Assembly: GCA_965216635.1 (NCBI GenBank)
Contig: OZ244188.1
Coordinates: 2,272,001-2,336,000, forward strand
Reading direction: 5' to 3'
From: a bacterium
GTDB lineage: Bacteria; SAR324; XYD2-FULL-50-16; G965216635
Length of the DNA stretch: 64,000 nt
Below are positions 50,530 to 61,064 of the stretch, piece after piece. Under the pieces are notes generated by a model that was given only the letters and a program-made list of their open reading frames with translations, ran no database searches and was not told the DNA's origin. Position 1 is the first letter of the stretch. Every line of letters starts with the position of its first letter. A program made the position numbers and the translations under genes.

Positions 50530-51281
50530 GTTTTCGTCCTTGTATAGACCTCTACCAAGGAGCGGTAAGACAAATTGTGGGTAAAACTCTTCATAAAAAA
50601 GAAGGTCCCATTATCAATTTTTCTGCCACAAAGCCTATAGAATGGTTTGTAGACCTTTACAAAAAAGACAACTTAACGGACGGACATATTGTTTTGCTTG
50701 GAGACGGTAATTGTGAAATTGCGCTCAAAGCAATTCATAGATGGCAAGGTAGTTTTCAAGTGGGAGGGCAAATGAACGAGGAAAATGCCTCTTTTTGGTT
50801 AGATAATGGAGCTAAAAAAATTATTTTTACTTCTTGGATTTTTAAAAAAAATAAAATTCATTGGGATAGACTTGAACGACTAGCTAAAAAAATCAGTCCA
50901 GAAAAAATTGTTTTAGATCTCAGCTGTCAACGATTTAAAGATAATTATTATATTATGACAGAGCATTGGGAAAATAGAAGCAAACACAATCTTTCAAAGT
51001 TAGCAGAAAAACTAGCAGACTATTGCTCGGAGTTTTTAATTCATGCTACTTCTGTAGAAGGGCAAAAAAAAGGAATAGAAAAAAAACTTATTTCTACTAT
51101 TGCAGGTTATAAAAAACCAGCAAAAATTACTTATGCTGGGGGTATTGCAAGTCCGCAAGATATTGAATATATTTTAAAAGAAGGAAAAGGTAGATTGTTT
51201 TTTACTATTGGAAGTGCTTTAGATATTTTTGGAGGAAAAATTTCTTATCGTTGGGTAGTAAAAAATTTCAAAAGTCTATAG
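50526..51281 (+). CDS. hisA: ProFAR isomerase, His6 (eukaryote-like) type
   Basis: FRPCIDL..G.VRQIVG, QVGG, LDLSC, EFLIHA and TIGSALDIFGG. Confidence 0.88.
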   Translation: MSFRPCIDLYQGAVRQIVGKTLHKKEGPIINFSATKPIEWFVDLYKKDNLTDGHIVLLGDGNCEIALKAIHRWQGSFQVGGQMNEENASFWLDNGAKKIIFTSWIFKKNKIHWDRLERLAKKISPEKIVLDLSCQRFKDNYYIMTEHWENRSKHNLSKLAEKLADYCSEFLIHATSVEGQKKGIEKKLISTIAGYKKPAKITYAGGIASPQDIEYILKEGKGRLFFTIGSALDIFGGKISYRWVVKNFKSL

Positions 51282-51299
51282 ACTGCTTTAAGAATTTTG

Positions 51300-51327
51300 G
51301 AAACCTTTCTCGCGGAAGGTTTCTTTT
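51300..51327 (+). terminator. Probable intrinsic terminator
   Basis: gaaacctttc-tcgc-ggaaggtttc followed by tttt. Confidence 0.55.
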
Positions 51328-51372
51328 AATAATAAATGGGCTATTTTAAAAAATCATTAACAATTTAAAATT

Positions 51373-52563
51373 ATGAGAAAAGATTACGGTAAACTTTCGG
51401 TTGCCTTGCATAAAAAAATCGTAGGTAAAATTAGTATTGCTCCAAAAATAGAAATTTCTAATTTAGACGACCTTTCCACTGTTTATTCACCGGGTGTGGC
51501 AGAGCCGTGCCGACAAATTGTTTGTAATCCTGAGAAAGTTTATCAGATGACGATGAAAGCTAATGCTATTGCAGTTGTATCTGATGGCTCTGCAGTATTG
51601 GGTTTAGGAAATATCGGTGCGGAAGCTGCCATACCAGTAATGGAGGGTAAGGCGATTTTGTTTAAAAAATACGCTAATATTGATGCGATACCTATTTGTT
51701 TAAAAACTCAGGATACTCAAGAGTTGATAAATACTATTATCAATATATCTCCTAGTTTTGGTGGCATTAACCTAGAAGATATTTCCGCTCCCCGCTGTTT
51801 TAAAGTAGAAGAATCTTTGCAAGAATTAGGTATTCCAGTATTCCACGATGATCAGCACGGCACGGCAATAGTTGCTACAGCGGCTCTTATCAACGCTGTT
51901 AAAGTCACTGGGAAAAAATTTAAAAATTTAAAAATAGTAATCAATGGAGCAGGAGCAGCAGGTAAAGCTATTTTAGGAATGCTTCGCTCTGTAGGAGATG
52001 CATACCCTAACTACCAAGTAAAAGATATTCTTGTCTGTGATTCTAAGGGTATAATAGAAACTAGCCGTGAAGATATTATTATGAATAAGCATAAAAATGA
52101 AATAGCCTTGACTTCAAATAAAAGTGCTACTAAAGGGAATTTAAAAAATGCTTTAAAATCTGCAGATGTTTTTATTGGAGTAAGTTTAGGAGGATTGTTA
52201 AATATAGAAATGATAAAAACTATGGCTGAGAAACCCATTATTTTTGCGCTAGCAAACCCTACTCCAGAAATTTTTCCAGAAGAAGCTAAAAAAGGCGGGG
52301 CTTCTATTGTTGCTACTGGTAGGAGCGATTATCCTAATCAAGTCAACAATGTTTTGGTTTTTCCTGGTATTTTTAGAGGGGCATTAGATGCTAGAGCTTC
52401 TCGCATTACTGATGCAATGAAAATATCTGCTGTGTTTGCTTTGGCGGGTTATGTTAAAAAACCCACAGCTGATTTGATAGTTCCCTCTCCGCTAGACAAA
52501 GGAGTGGCTAAAACAGTAGCAGAAGCCACAAAGCGCTCCTGCATAAAAAATTTAAGACCTTGA
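51373..52563 (+). CDS. NAD(P)-dependent malic enzyme (short form, no PTA domain)
   Basis: [33 protein letters not shown] and NQVNN. Confidence 0.93.
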   Translation: MRKDYGKLSVALHKKIVGKISIAPKIEISNLDDLSTVYSPGVAEPCRQIVCNPEKVYQMTMKANAIAVVSDGSAVLGLGNIGAEAAIPVMEGKAILFKKYANIDAIPICLKTQDTQELINTIINISPSFGGINLEDISAPRCFKVEESLQELGIPVFHDDQHGTAIVATAALINAVKVTGKKFKNLKIVINGAGAAGKAILGMLRSVGDAYPNYQVKDILVCDSKGIIETSREDIIMNKHKNEIALTSNKSATKGNLKNALKSADVFIGVSLGGLLNIEMIKTMAEKPIIFALANPTPEIFPEEAKKGGASIVATGRSDYPNQVNNVLVFPGIFRGALDARASRITDAMKISAVFALAGYVKKPTADLIVPSPLDKGVAKTVAEATKRSCIKNLRP

Positions 52564-54290
52564 TGAAAAAGTATTTGGATAAATTTGCAGTAATAACCCT
52601 CGGTTGCGATAAAGATGGGACAATTCTAGTACAGAATTCAGCAGCAAAAAAAATAGCTTGGTTACCCAAAACAGGTGAAAATTTTATCCATTGGAGTAAC
52701 ATTTCTGATTTGCAAGATACATATTGTCAAACCAAATATTTACCAAAAACGAGCAAGGAGGTTGAAGCAATTAAATTTCAAATCGTTCCTTACAAACAGG
52801 ATGAAGCTATACGCCATCTAGTTTTTATTTTCCTAGAATCTCAATTTCCTAGGCAGGTATCAGAAAAAACGCTATCTTCGGAAACAGTGGAAGAACTTTG
52901 GAATACCTCTTCAAAAATCACTTTCTCCGAAGAACCACTTATTTCTTTTAGCGAGTGTTATTCTTTCTTTTTAGATATCTTTAAAGATGCCACTTTTCAA
53001 TCCAATGTAGCATTTGAAGATTCCACTGTTTATGGAGATAGATCTTTATTGGAAAAAATTTTTAAGGCAATAAAAGATATTATTTTCATGAATACCAGCT
53101 CCTCTTCTCATTTTACTGTCACTGCTACCCATAACAAAGACCGCAAACAAATTGTTCTAGAAATCAAACTCACACATTCTTTCAATAGGATACAAAAAAA
53201 CAAGTTCAGTGATTATATTCACAAAATTCAAAAGGATTTAGAAGTTATACAAGCAACCCTAAAAATAGAAAATTTGAATTTCAAACCTATTATTTTGCTC
53301 GTTCTAAATACCAAAGAACAAAATATTAATCCGCTTAAAGTTTTAGTTATAGATTCTTATGAACGCTCACTCAAGCAAATGGTAAAATATCTAAAAACAG
53401 CGGATCCTTTTGTAAAAATTGCTGCTGTTTCCAAGCCTAAACGAGCTTTATCCATTTCTAAAAAAGAGTTTAATGTTATTATTCTAGATCCCCACATCAA
53501 TAGATTTAAGTTTTTTCCTTATTTTTTTAAAAAGTTTAACTACGTTCTGGTAGATCAAATTATGGAAAACCAAGAAGCAAATATTATTATTTGCATCGTA
53601 TTTTATGGCAAACTCTTAGAAGAAGTTACTGCTTCCCGCTTCAACATAGTGGATTATCATAATAAGCCTTACCATTGTAATAAGACAAAAGTTAAGGTGC
53701 AGCATATTTTGCAAACTGCGAGAAAAATGGAGACTCTCAATCAAGATTTAGCAAAGGCACAGTATTTTTCTCAAATTGACAAACTTACAGGACTTTTTAA
53801 CCGCAGATATTTTGACACTTTTAGTCATCGGCTAGTGCAGGAAGCAACGGATAAAAATTTTTCCTTTGCACTTTTTATTTTAGATGTAGATTTTTTTAAA
53901 AACTACAACGACATTAATGGACACGCAGAAGGAGATGTTGTGCTAAAGAAATTAGCAAAACTGTTAGAAGCTACTCTTCGCTCTACTGATATAATTACTA
54001 GGTTGGGAGGGGAAGAATTTGTAATTTTATCTCCTAAAGTACAAGTAAATACTGGATTTATTATTGCTGAAAAAATTAGAATCTCAGTAGAGAAGTACCA
54101 ATTTAAAAATCAAATCAAACAACCCAATAAAAACCTTACTGTGAGTATAGGTATAGCAATTTTTCCTACAGATGCATTTACGATTACAGATCTTTTTAGT
54201 ATAGCAGATAAAAATCTCTATCAAGCAAAGGAAAAAGGTAGAAATCGGTCAGTCTCCAACCGACACAAACAGACAACTCAAAGAGCATAG
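52560..54290 (+). CDS. Diguanylate cyclase with receiver-like domain
   Basis: DKLTGLFNRR, D.DFFK..ND..GH..GD, I-site RSTD and intact GGEEF. Confidence 0.9.
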   Translation: MMKKYLDKFAVITLGCDKDGTILVQNSAAKKIAWLPKTGENFIHWSNISDLQDTYCQTKYLPKTSKEVEAIKFQIVPYKQDEAIRHLVFIFLESQFPRQVSEKTLSSETVEELWNTSSKITFSEEPLISFSECYSFFLDIFKDATFQSNVAFEDSTVYGDRSLLEKIFKAIKDIIFMNTSSSSHFTVTATHNKDRKQIVLEIKLTHSFNRIQKNKFSDYIHKIQKDLEVIQATLKIENLNFKPIILLVLNTKEQNINPLKVLVIDSYERSLKQMVKYLKTADPFVKIAAVSKPKRALSISKKEFNVIILDPHINRFKFFPYFFKKFNYVLVDQIMENQEANIIICIVFYGKLLEEVTASRFNIVDYHNKPYHCNKTKVKVQHILQTARKMETLNQDLAKAQYFSQIDKLTGLFNRRYFDTFSHRLVQEATDKNFSFALFILDVDFFKNYNDINGHAEGDVVLKKLAKLLEATLRSTDIITRLGGEEFVILSPKVQVNTGFIIAEKIRISVEKYQFKNQIKQPNKNLTVSIGIAIFPTDAFTITDLFSIADKNLYQAKEKGRNRSVSNRHKQTTQRA

Positions 54291-54325
54291 ATCAAGCCTT
54301 TAAATAGTCTAGCCAAAACCAAAAA

Positions 54326-55564
54326 ATGAGCTTTAAAAATTTCACCCCGTTTGCAAAGTCTTGCAGAAATTTCACACTCCTTTTTCCAGCAATGGCTCTG
54401 TTTTTTATTTTTTCTTCCTGTGCTCCTACTGTTTTTATTGACACTTCTAATTTAATTCCAGTAAATGCAAAAAAAATAGATATAGCAGACGACCTAGACT
54501 TAAAAACGCTCCACCAAAGTGCAGCAGCAAGTTTAAGCTATTTAAAAAAACTTTCTCCAGAACAAAAATTTCAATACGGCAAATTGGAATATTCCGCTAA
54601 AGAAGTTATTTTGTCTATGGAGTTGCTACAAAAAACAATTAAAACTTCCAATTCCAAGAAAAAATTTATAAACAAACTAAAAAAGAAATTTCTTTGGTGG
54701 AAATCTCCCGGTAGAAAACAAGACCGTAGAGTGCTTTTCACTGGCTACTTTGAACCTCAATATCCTGCTGCAAGTAAGCCCTCTAAAAAATATTCTGTGC
54801 CTGCCTTTGCCATTCCTAAAGATTTGAAAGTTTTAGATTTAGGAAAATTCAGACAAAATCTTAAGAATCAAACTATAGTTTATCGTTTAGAAAACAACAA
54901 AATTTTGCCTTATTATACTAGAAAAGAAATTATGGAGAAAAATGTATTAGAAAAAAAAGCGACTCCATTGGTTTGGTTTAGCGATCCTGTAGATTTATTT
55001 TTTCTACAAATTCAAGGCTCTGGTCTAGTAGAAACTCCAAGTGGTAAAAAATTGAGGCTAGGTTATGCAGGCTCTAACGGCAGAAAATATAGTAGTATCG
55101 GAAAAACTCTCATCAAAAACAAAATTATTCCCAAAAAAGAAATGTCTATGGATGCTATTCAAAATTACCTAGAAAAAAACCCACAAGCAGTCAAACCCTT
55201 GCTTTACAAAAATAAAAGCTATGTTTTTTTTCGCTTGTTAGATTTGGACGAAGGTCCTTATGGATCCTTAGAAGTAGCATTGACCCCTGAACGCTCTCTA
55301 GCTGTGGATTATCGCTTATTTCCCAAAGCAGCTTTGGTTTATATTTCTACAAATAAACCCAACTGCGAGCAAGATCCAGACTGTAAATCTCATACACCTA
55401 TAAAAAGATTTATGCACATTCAAGATACTGGAGGCGCTATCAGAACTTTTGGTAGAGCCGATATTTTTTGGGGTAGAGGCAATCTAGCGCAAAAAACAGC
55501 AGGCTATATGCAGCATTTAGGTGATTTATTTGTTTTGGTTGCTAAGAAAGAATATTTAAAGTAA
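54326..55564 (+). CDS. mltA: Membrane-bound lytic murein transglycosylase A
   Basis: Lipobox SSC, FTGYFEP, QIQGSG, YVFF and QDTGGAI. Confidence 0.93.
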   Translation: MSFKNFTPFAKSCRNFTLLFPAMALFFIFSSCAPTVFIDTSNLIPVNAKKIDIADDLDLKTLHQSAAASLSYLKKLSPEQKFQYGKLEYSAKEVILSMELLQKTIKTSNSKKKFINKLKKKFLWWKSPGRKQDRRVLFTGYFEPQYPAASKPSKKYSVPAFAIPKDLKVLDLGKFRQNLKNQTIVYRLENNKILPYYTRKEIMEKNVLEKKATPLVWFSDPVDLFFLQIQGSGLVETPSGKKLRLGYAGSNGRKYSSIGKTLIKNKIIPKKEMSMDAIQNYLEKNPQAVKPLLYKNKSYVFFRLLDLDEGPYGSLEVALTPERSLAVDYRLFPKAALVYISTNKPNCEQDPDCKSHTPIKRFMHIQDTGGAIRTFGRADIFWGRGNLAQKTAGYMQHLGDLFVLVAKKEYLK

Positions 55565-55576
55565 TTTTTTTAAAAA

Positions 55577-55776
55577 CCTGCAGAGACGCTCAAAACGGAG
55601 CATCTCATAAAATCAAGGAATAATTTTTTTAAAAACCTGTAGGGGATATTTTTTTTTTCAACGAAAAAAATGCGTCCCCGCCACACACAAACATCTTATT
55701 TAAGAACGGGGACACATTTTTTGCCCAAAATGGTTGCTTAGTCAACCATTTGGAGCAAAAAAAATGTCCCCTGCAT
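55577..55776. repeat. Degenerate REP-like palindromic cluster
   Basis: gcagagacgctc...gagcatctc, gtagggga..., ggggaca...tgtcccctgc. Related to sequences at 14697-14925 and 18864-18890. Confidence 0.5.
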
Positions 55777-55927
55777 GTAAAGAAGAAAAAAAAATACTAA
55801 AAAACAAGGGTTGCTTTTTAAATAAAAATAATTCAAACTTTGCCTATATTAAGTTTATTGTTGGAATTTTATAGCATTTTAGAAAAAAATCCCTCCAAAA
55901 TAAACCAAAAACAACCAAAAACAACCA

Positions 55928-56097
55928 AACTAAAAAAAAAGATTGATTGTTTTTATTTTTTTAGTTACCCTTTATAAAGTTTTATAAAAATAAAACTGAA
56001 TAACCTAAATTAACTAAAAAAAGATTGATTGTTTTTATTTTTTTAGTTATCCTTTATAAAGTTTTATAAAAATAAAACCGAATAATCAAAATTAACT
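55928..56097 (+). repeat. Tandem ~82-bp duplication containing a promoter-like motif
   Basis: gattgattg at 55941 and 56023. TTGATT-17-TAcCCT / TATCCT in each copy. Confidence 0.75.
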
Positions 56098-56231
56098 ACA
56101 AAAAGACTATGGAAACTCAAAAGACTATGAAGTTAAACAAATTAAACCAAAAAAAGACTATGGAATTTCAAAAAATTATAAAATCACAAGAAACTATGCA
56201 AACACAAGAAATTAGGCAAACAAAAGAAACT

Positions 56232-57434
56232 ATGAAATCAAGCAAAATAACCCTGGCAATTTTAGCTTCGCTTTCGTGCTTGTTTTTACTTTTTGCGGGA
56301 GTAAATAATCTGCAAGCCCAAGAAGCAAGACAGCAAGGTTGGTCTATCGGGGTTAGTCCCTTTTATCTAGGTGCTAAAATCAAGACCACTACAGAAAACA
56401 CTACTCTCACAGAAATAGTAACAGAAACAACCAGAACATTGACTTCTACGAGGGCATTCAGTGCGAGCACCACCGATAATGTACCATCGGATACAACAGC
56501 AGGTGCAGAGTTACTAAATACTAGTGGTAAATTAATTTACAGTTCCAATCACGATAAAACAGCAATAAAAGCTGTAGAGGATATTTGTGACGATGGTAGC
56601 TATAATGGGATGGGGACCTATCTTGCTCGTCAGTTTGACGTAAATTCTATTGCTGATGCAACCGCTACAAGCAATATCAGAACAGATGCCTGTGACGAAT
56701 ACTTCCAAGTTATTGAAGCTTCTTTTGATGAATCGTTAACAGGAACAACTGTGAATTCTTCTCTATCGCGTTCCGTTAGCAGCGAAAATACCAGTTTAAG
56801 CGGCAACGGATTGCAACTAGGCTACGACTTTGAAAAGTTTCGTCTTTCTTTTAGCCTACACCAATGGAGTGCGGGAGATAACAAGCTGGATAGTCAAATT
56901 GTACTAGTAGATTGGCACCTGCCCTACGGGCTCTATGCAGGAGCTGGTTTAGCCCAAGCCAAGCTAGAGACTGTGCTAGGCTCGGATTCAAAAATAGCCC
57001 CCGCCGTTCATTTTGGCTATAAGCGAAATTTTAGCAAAAACTTTTCTATGGAGGCGGGACTGCTGTGGGTGGGGGCAAAGCTCTCTGTAAAACAGAGCGC
57101 TGCTGCACCAGAACCAACAAGAACCTCATTAGCAGTAGCTATACCGGAAGAGCGAGTCCTAGAGACTATTACCTCCTCTATATTAGTTGGAGGTTTAATA
57201 CAGAATGGTGTTTTAGACGAAATTTATTTTTTTGATCATAGAATTGCTACAACCAATTTTCCGGTGGCGACACGCACTGATAGAAGAATACTAGTAAAAG
57301 GAACAGTAACTCCAACTTATCAGTACAGAGCAAACACAAACACCTACAACACACAACCTGTGCCTACAAAAACAACAATAGAAGTAGAAGCACCAGCCTC
57401 CCTTTTTATTCGCTTCGTCTATCTCTTCAAGTAG
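56232..57434 (+). CDS. Outer-membrane beta-barrel surface protein, paralog 3 (divergent)
   Basis: Signal ending NLQA/QE, GWSIGVSPFYLG, GLQLGYDFEKFR and GYKRN. Probable start MKSSK, although the ORF is open from 56109. Confidence 0.65.
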   Translation: MKSSKITLAILASLSCLFLLFAGVNNLQAQEARQQGWSIGVSPFYLGAKIKTTTENTTLTEIVTETTRTLTSTRAFSASTTDNVPSDTTAGAELLNTSGKLIYSSNHDKTAIKAVEDICDDGSYNGMGTYLARQFDVNSIADATATSNIRTDACDEYFQVIEASFDESLTGTTVNSSLSRSVSSENTSLSGNGLQLGYDFEKFRLSFSLHQWSAGDNKLDSQIVLVDWHLPYGLYAGAGLAQAKLETVLGSDSKIAPAVHFGYKRNFSKNFSMEAGLLWVGAKLSVKQSAAAPEPTRTSLAVAIPEERVLETITSSILVGGLIQNGVLDEIYFFDHRIATTNFPVATRTDRRILVKGTVTPTYQYRANTNTYNTQPVPTKTTIEVEAPASLFIRFVYLFK

Positions 57435-57519
57435 AAGCAAAAACACCCCTTCTGACCATTTGGGCTCTGTGCCCCCTATTGATCAGCCATTGATTAAAGC
57501 AATACTTATATAGTGTCTC

Positions 57520-57661
57520 GAGACCTTTGAATCAAGCATTATGGGAAAGCTAGACAAGGAGCGAAAGTTTTTTACCCAAGAGGAATACTGGAGTATTTTG
57601 AGAAATAAAAAACTTGAGCAACGCAGTATAGCCGAACTAGAATGCCTAATTCAAAGGTCTC
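57520..57661. mobile_element. MITE-like element
   Basis: gagacctttgaat ... aattcaaaggtctc. Confidence 0.6.
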
Positions 57662-57776
57662 GTTTCTTCTTAAGACTAATACAACCAGTCTCTCAACACA
57701 TACTTCCCTCCTCTTTTAGGAAGTCTAAATACAGGTATTTTTCCTAATGCTCCACCACCTCTTTTTCCTTTTACTC

Positions 57777-57879
57777 GGTATTATTACTGGTATTATTACT
57801 GGTATTATTACTGGTATTATTACTGGTATTATTACTGGTATTATTACTGGTATTATTACTGGTATTATTACTGGTATTA
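57777..57879 (+). repeat. 12-bp tandem repeat (ggtattattact), ~8.6 copies
   Basis: Perfect repeats upstream of tolC. Confidence 0.95.
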
Positions 57880-57970
57880 GAGCTAAAATAACTTTTATTG
57901 CCACGCATCAAATTTACTATTGTTTTTTTTTACTTTAACAAGTAGAATAAAAATTATTTTATAAATACAA

Positions 57971-59395
57971 ATGATTAAAATTTTTTTTACTTTTTGGTTT
58001 CTTGTGGGGCTTTTGGTGTCTTCTGTTTTTGCCATCAATCAGGAGGAGTTTATCAAACGATTACAAGAAACACATCCTTTTTTTAAAGGGCAAAACCTAA
58101 ATACTAGCATTCAGCAGAAAATCCAAAAAAGCCACCTCGGAGCAACCGATTGGAGGTTAAATTTGAATGCAAGTAGTTCGGCTAGTACCTTTAGAACAAA
58201 CGATTCTGGTGATCCGCAAAATAGAGGATTAAAAGCTACTAGCCAAAATAATTTCACTAGCTCTTTCAAGCGAAATTTTTTTTCTACTGGAGGAAATCTA
58301 AGCTTAGACTATCAATTTACAGATACAAAAAATGACTTGAAAGAGGGGACGAGTTCTTCTACCAAACAAGGAGCGTCTATTTCTTACAATCAACCGCTGC
58401 TAAAAAATTTTAAGGGAGTTTTGGATCGCACTGCTTACGATCTGGTAGGGTATAATATAAAAATAGCAGAATTGCAAAGCTTAGAAGCAAAAGAAAGTTT
58501 TTTATTACAACAGCTTTTTCTTTTTTTAGATTGGGCTCTTTTTGAAGCAGAATATAAAATTACACAAAATAGACTCAAGCTATTAAAAAAAGAGTTGGCT
58601 ACTACACAAAGAAAATACAAAGCTTCTTTTTCATTGAAAGTGGATTTAATCTCACAACAAGCAGCTGTTAGTAATTTGGAGCTGGCTCTTTTATCTAAAA
58701 AATCAGAGTTAGCCGATGTGCGAGAACAACTGGCAGCTCTTTTTCAAGATAAAAACTTTTTGGATTCGGAAATCCCCGAAATAAACATTTTTAGTTTAGA
58801 TTTTTCTATAGAAAAAAATTTAAACAACTATCTTAAAGAGAATTCGCGGGTTTTAAGAATCATCCAATACCAAAAACAACAAAATCAGAGACAACAAAAA
58901 AGCTACCACAACCAAAAACAAATACAATTGGATTTATCTCTAAGCGCTTCGCAATTGGATGAGATAACGGACACTACCTCTGGTAGCAGCTCTAATGGTG
59001 GCAGCTCTAATTATGAAATTGCTCTGCAATTTTCTTTACCACTAGGGAATAATCAAGCAGAGGGTCAACTCGCAGAGTCTCTTTTACAGCTGCAGCAATT
59101 AAACTATAATTACGATTCAGAGTTTAGAAATTTATTAGCAAACTTACGAGGATTGGAAACAAGGTTAAAAATTTTAGAAGATACTTTAGCTTTAAACACA
59201 AACCAAATTTCTCTAGCTAGACTGAGAACATTAGAAGAAATGAGAAGATATAAACTTGGACACGGTAGTAGTGTTTTGGTTTTACAAGCCCAGGACAACG
59301 AGCAGAACGCGGAAGTGGGTTTTGCTCAAATAGCTGTTGTCTATCAAAAAATAGTCTTACAGTATATGGCTTTATTAGATAAGTTATTACCTTAG
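57971..59395 (+). CDS. TolC-family outer-membrane efflux protein
   Basis: Signal peptide, QPLLKN and LPLGN motifs, helical repeats, and RYKLG near the C-terminus. Confidence 0.85.
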   Translation: MIKIFFTFWFLVGLLVSSVFAINQEEFIKRLQETHPFFKGQNLNTSIQQKIQKSHLGATDWRLNLNASSSASTFRTNDSGDPQNRGLKATSQNNFTSSFKRNFFSTGGNLSLDYQFTDTKNDLKEGTSSSTKQGASISYNQPLLKNFKGVLDRTAYDLVGYNIKIAELQSLEAKESFLLQQLFLFLDWALFEAEYKITQNRLKLLKKELATTQRKYKASFSLKVDLISQQAAVSNLELALLSKKSELADVREQLAALFQDKNFLDSEIPEINIFSLDFSIEKNLNNYLKENSRVLRIIQYQKQQNQRQQKSYHNQKQIQLDLSLSASQLDEITDTTSGSSSNGGSSNYEIALQFSLPLGNNQAEGQLAESLLQLQQLNYNYDSEFRNLLANLRGLETRLKILEDTLALNTNQISLARLRTLEEMRRYKLGHGSSVLVLQAQDNEQNAEVGFAQIAVVYQKIVLQYMALLDKLLP

Positions 59396-59452
59396 TTTTA
59401 ATAATTTTGAGAATTATACGTTTTAAAAATCAAATTTTATAATTAGAAAATA

Positions 59453-60784
59453 ATGGCAGCATCAAACATAAAAAACCGCACTATCTTCTGTAAAGATAAT
59501 TTAGATATTTTAGAGGGTATAAATAGTGATTGTATTGATTTGATTTATTTAGACCCACCTTTTAATACGAACAAGATATGGCATGCACCGATAGGTAGTA
59601 ATGCTGAAGGAGCAAAGTTTGATGATGTTTTTAAAGAAGAAGACGTTAAGGACGAATGGCTTGAAACAATTAAAGAAGATTATGATGAATTGTATGATTT
59701 CTTAAGAGGAATAAAGAGAATAGGGCATCAATCAAATTTTTGTTATTTGTGCTATATGGCAATTCGTCTTATTGAGATGTACCGTATTTTAAAAGATACG
59801 GGTAATATTTATTTACACTGCGACTCTACGATGAGCCATTATCTTAAAATAGTATTAGATTGTGTTTTTGATGAGAAGAATTTTAGAAATGAGATTGTTT
59901 GGTGTTACGAAGATGTTGGAGGGAGAGCTACGAAATATTTTAAAAGAAAAAAAGATGTAATATTTTTTTATCAAAAAGCAGACACTAAAGATAGAATTTT
60001 TAATCAACAACACAAACAATTATCAAAAAGCACTATAGAAAGATATGGGAAATATTTTGATGGAAATGGAATTATAACATACCAAAAATTAAAAGATTCT
60101 AGTCCTGGCGCTTTTAAAAAATTAAAAGGAATTCCAGATGATTTATCAAAAATATGGTTAGATAAAAATAAAGGACAGCCTATTTCAGATTGGTGGATAG
60201 ATATATCAACTATTAAAAAAGGATTTAATGAATCTACAGGCTATCCAACACAAAAACCATTAAAGCTATTAGGTAGAATTATAAAAGCAAGTACAAACAA
60301 AGGGGATATAGTATTAGATCCTTTTTGTGGTTGTGCGACGACTTGCGTTGCTAGTGAAATGTTAGAAAGACAATGGATTGGAATTGATGTCTCTATTGAA
60401 GCATATAATCTAGTAAAATCAAGACTAGTAAAAGAAGTAAAACCAGCATTACTAGATCCTGAAAAAGCAGTAAATTTTTCAACCGCCATACCAGTAAGAG
60501 AGGATGTGGCTAAGGATTATAGACTTAAAAAATGGGTGTATGTTATTTCAAATCCAAAATACGAAGGAGAATACAAGGTAGGTATAGCTAAATATGTAGA
60601 AGCTAGATTGAATTCTTATCAAACATCAGACCCTGACCGTTCTTATAAACTTGAATATAAACTAGAAACTCCTTTTTTTAGAGAAATAGAAAAATTCATA
60701 CTAGACAAGTTTGCCAACAAGCACGAATGGGTAACAGCTGAATTAAAAAGTATTATCAAAGAAATTAAAAGTTATAAAGAATAA
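59453..60784 (+). CDS. DNA N6/N4-methyltransferase fused to a C-terminal GIY-YIG (T5orf172-like) domain
   Basis: IYLDPPF, YPTQKP and DPFCGCAT. C-terminal WVYVISNP...YKVG.A...EARL..YQT. Confidence 0.85.
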   Translation: MAASNIKNRTIFCKDNLDILEGINSDCIDLIYLDPPFNTNKIWHAPIGSNAEGAKFDDVFKEEDVKDEWLETIKEDYDELYDFLRGIKRIGHQSNFCYLCYMAIRLIEMYRILKDTGNIYLHCDSTMSHYLKIVLDCVFDEKNFRNEIVWCYEDVGGRATKYFKRKKDVIFFYQKADTKDRIFNQQHKQLSKSTIERYGKYFDGNGIITYQKLKDSSPGAFKKLKGIPDDLSKIWLDKNKGQPISDWWIDISTIKKGFNESTGYPTQKPLKLLGRIIKASTNKGDIVLDPFCGCATTCVASEMLERQWIGIDVSIEAYNLVKSRLVKEVKPALLDPEKAVNFSTAIPVREDVAKDYRLKKWVYVISNPKYEGEYKVGIAKYVEARLNSYQTSDPDRSYKLEYKLETPFFREIEKFILDKFANKHEWVTAELKSIIKEIKSYKE

Positions 60785-61064
60785 ACTATGCCGTATAGTA
60801 GATATAAAAAAAACCAAAGACAGCCTACGAGGGAGCGAGCTTGCAATAATGAGATTTTTAACCCCCAAAACGAAAATGATCTACAACCAAAGGCAGAAAA
60901 GGTGTTGGGTAAAGAAAAAATTATGCAGATTGAGATGAAGTTTTAAAACACGCATTTTTACAAATCAATGTCTATAAATAAAACAGGAACTGGGTTTTTA
61001 AGCGTATAATTCCTATAATTTTTATAAAAACTTTTATAAAAATTTCTATGATTAAATAAATAAT

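Noticed and set aside
57541..57938. Two small ORFs including a (GIIT)n peptide
   Set aside because: They arise from a MITE and a 12-bp tandem repeat, with no independent coding evidence.
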